DNA from: Pinctada imbricata
Taxonomy: Eukaryota
Assembly (NCBI GenBank): GCA_033119305.1
Contig: VSWD01000002.1
Coordinates: 9,338,974 to 9,402,973, forward strand
Direction: 5' to 3'
DNA: 64,000 nucleotides
In this document: in pieces, positions 61,782 to 64,000 of the stretch
Layout of the letters: each line of letters begins with the position of its first letter
Position numbering within the stretch: the first letter of the stretch is position 1
Made by a program: the position numbers and the translations under genes
The notes under the pieces: generated by a model
The model's database searches: none
Told to the model about the DNA's origin: nothing
What the model saw: only the letters and a program-made list of their open reading frames with translations

Positions 61782-61819
<38 letters not shown>

Positions 61820-62233
61820 ATCTGTCCGTCTGTCTGTTTGACATCTGTCCATTTGTCTGTCTGTCTGTTTGTCATCTGTCCGTCTGTCTGTTTGACATCT
61901 GTCCATTTGTCCGTCTGTCTGTTTGTCATCTGTCTGTCTGACTGTTTGTCATCTGTCCGTCTGTCTGTTTGTCATCTGTCTGTCTGTCTGTCTGTTATTC
62001 TTCTGTCCGTCTGTCTGTTTGACATCTGTCCATTTGTCCGTCTGTCTGTTTGTCATCTGTCCGTCTGACTGTTTGTCATCTGTCCGTCTGTCTGTTTGTC
62101 ATCTGTCTGTCTGTCTGTCTGTCTGTTTGTCATCTGTCCGTCTGTCTGTTTGTCATCTATCTGTCTGTCTGTTTGTCATCTGTCCGTCTATCTGTTTGAC
62201 ATCTGTCCATTTGTCTGTCTGTCTGTTTGTCAT
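59488..62233. repeat. ~2.75-kb minisatellite with a 23-bp unit, ~120 copies
   Basis: The unit gtctgtctgtttgtcatctgtcc has variants such as ggtagtcatctgtcc. The plus strand is almost free of A outside cat/caa. All plus-strand ORFs at 59491-62368 (CLSVCHLSVCL...) are artefacts. Confidence 0.95.
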
Positions 62234-62874
62234 ACTTGCAAGGATTTTCAAACATCACGAGACTCAACATGTAATGAATGTGAAGGTCACCTGCAAGGTC
62301 AAGGTCAAGTGTTAAGGAATGAACATACTACAGGCAACATACATGCATGTACTGCCATCCATGGATAACTGTACAAACAAGGACATCATTCTAAACTCTT
62401 CATAATTTCATCCTGATTTTTTCTGTGCCGAACTTGAGAGATTCATAATGATTCGCTTTTAATAATTCAAAATTATGAATTGGGATACTTGTATTGAAAA
62501 TGCATATTGAAGGTTTTTTCCTCAGCACAATTTTCTTTCAAAATTTGTAATTTTTATACAATATAAAGAATAAAAGTTCGAAATATGTAAAAATTTTGAT
62601 AGAATTTGTTACAAATGATTTCTCTAAGGTTTATCTTCAGAATTTTACAGCAGTGGATTTGCAACTGTTCATTTTCTGACAGCAACATGTACAGAAATGA
62701 TGTATACTAATTTATGGCTGGCAATGTTAATCTGTTGACTTACTAGTGGCATACATGTAATACTTGTACATGTATTTATTTTAACGTACCCAGATTTTAG
62801 TGGAGACAGAGTCAATTAGGGCAAATGGATATAGAACTTAATCATACATGTACATTGTACTTTTAGAGAGAAAA

Positions 62875-63043
62875 ATGTTATTTGTGAAGACACTGACAGG
62901 AAAAACAATCACATGTCAAATGACATCAACAAACAACGTGGAGGCATTAAAACGGGAAATATTGCACAGAGAAGGAATTCCATGCGATCAACAGAGACTT
63001 GTATGTAGGGGCAGACAACTCCAGGATGATTATGACCTGTCAG
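62875..63043 (+). CDS. First coding exon of a ubiquitin-like-domain protein
   Basis: ATG at 62875. [56 protein letters not shown] has a ubiquitin fold, compared with [54 protein letters not shown]. Donor CAG|GTATGT at 63044. Confidence 0.65.
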
Positions 63044-63137
63044 GTATGTATAGCTGTTTAAAATTAGTAGATTAGTAAGTGAACGATGTTCCTTAATCCA
63101 TCTCTTATTTCACTCACCTGAGCGAAACACCTTGGGA

Positions 63138-64000
63138 TGTGACCCTTCTCTTATTTTTGTCCAATGTGACCCTTCTCTTATTTTTGTCCAATGTGACCCT
63201 TCTCTTATTTTTGTCCAATGTGACCCTTCTCTTATTTTTGTCCAATGTGACCCTTCTCTTATTTTTGTCTAATGTGACCCTTCTCTTATTTTTGTCTAAT
63301 GTGACCCTTCTCTTGTTTTTGTCTAATGTGACCCTTCTCTTATTTTTGTCTAATGTGACCCTTCTCTTATTTTTGTCCAATGTGACCCTTCTCTTATTTT
63401 TGTCCAATGTGACCCTTCTCTTATTTTTGTCCAATGTGACCCTTCTCTTATTTTTGTCTGATGTGACCCTTCTCTTATTTTTGTCTAATGTGACCCTTCT
63501 CTTATTTTTGTCTAATGTGACCCTTCTCTTGTTTTTGTCTAATGTGACCCTTCTCTTATTTTTGTCTAATGTGACCCTTCCCTTATTTTTGTCCAATGTG
63601 ACCCTTCTCTTATTTTTGTCCAATGTGACCCTTCTCTTATTTTTGTCCAATGTGACCCTTCTCTTATATTTGTCCAATGTTACCCTTCTCTTATTTTTGT
63701 CTGATGTGACCCTTCTCTTGTTTTTGTCCAATGTGACCCTTCTCTTATTTTTGTCCAATGTGACCCTTCTCTTATTTTTGTCTGATGTGACCCTTCTCTT
63801 ATTTTTGTCTGATGTGACCCTTCTCTTATTTTTGTCCAATGTGACCCTTCTCTTATTTTTGTCCAATGTTACCCTTCTCTTATTTTTGTCTGATGTGACC
63901 CTTCTCTTGTTTTTGTCCAATGTGACCCTTCTCTTATTTTTGTCTAATGTAACCCTTCCCTTATTTTTGTCCAATGTGACCCTTCTCTTATTTTTGTCCA
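63138..64000. repeat. 27-bp minisatellite, ~32 copies, running to the window end
   Basis: The unit gtgacccttctcttatttttgtccaat repeats. The minus ORF 63114-63974 (DKNKRRVTL repeats) is an artefact. Confidence 0.95.

Noticed and set aside
59491-62368. Many overlapping plus-strand ORFs encoding Cys/Ser/Leu/Val-rich peptides (CLSVCHLSVCL...).
   Set aside because: They are translations of the 23-bp GTCT-rich minisatellite in several frames. They have no start context, are purely periodic, and are not plausible proteins.
63114-63974. 286-aa minus-strand ORF made of DKNKRRVTL repeats.
   Set aside because: It is an exact 27-bp minisatellite read in frame, with a 9-aa periodic product. It is most likely intronic repeat DNA.
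1-64000. Searched for a prokaryotic-style defence or biosynthetic gene cluster as the possible novel system.
   Set aside because: The sequence shows spliced multi-exon genes, an LTR retrotransposon, SINE/MITE families and AT-rich introns, and no operon-like ORF packing. The novelty here lies in the transposon-host interactions, not in a prokaryotic-style system.

Overview
This window reads as eukaryotic nuclear DNA, probably from a marine invertebrate (inference from repeat content and gene structure). It is AT-rich (~36% GC), has GT-AG introns, abundant mini- and microsatellites, MITE and foldback elements, and no prokaryotic operon structure. Three things dominate. (1) A plus-strand multi-exon gene from ~15.45 kb to at least 59.0 kb encodes a clear PARP4 / vault-PARP orthologue: BRCT N-terminus, PARP regulatory and catalytic domains, VIT domain, vWA domain with a DxSxS MIDAS motif, and a divergent C-terminus. 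I placed about 25 exons by splice sites and by similarity to vertebrate PARP4. (2) An intact 9,995-bp Ty3/gypsy LTR retrotransposon lies antisense at 48,917-58,911. Its two 1,268-bp LTRs look identical, it has a 4-bp TAGG target-site duplication, a PBS and a PPT, a gag with a CCHC knuckle, and a pol in protease-RT-RNase H-integrase order reached by an apparent -1 frameshift. It sits exactly on the AG of a candidate PARP4 splice acceptor. On the host-sense strand each LTR carries four copies of the perfect U1-complementary 5' splice-site 9-mer GGTAAGTAT, which equals the U1 snRNA 5' end on the element-sense strand. (3) The introns and 5' flank are packed with non-autonomous elements. These include a satellite-carrying element in two inverted copies ~39 kb apart, a MITE family with TTGACCCTTCCG termini, a MITE with 33-bp TIRs, long near-perfect palindromes, a 128-bp tandem array, and several minisatellites (51, 30, 27, 23, 22 and 21 bp units). 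A 151-aa THAP-domain ORF lies antisense inside a PARP4 intron, and its 3' end converges on a small Cys-rich plus-strand ORF. A ubiquitin-like first-exon ORF at 62.9 kb and a tetraspanin-like first exon at 1.8 kb mark neighbouring genes. I see no prokaryotic-style defence or biosynthetic system. What is novel is the unusual retrotransposon LTR and the transposon/host-gene architecture.
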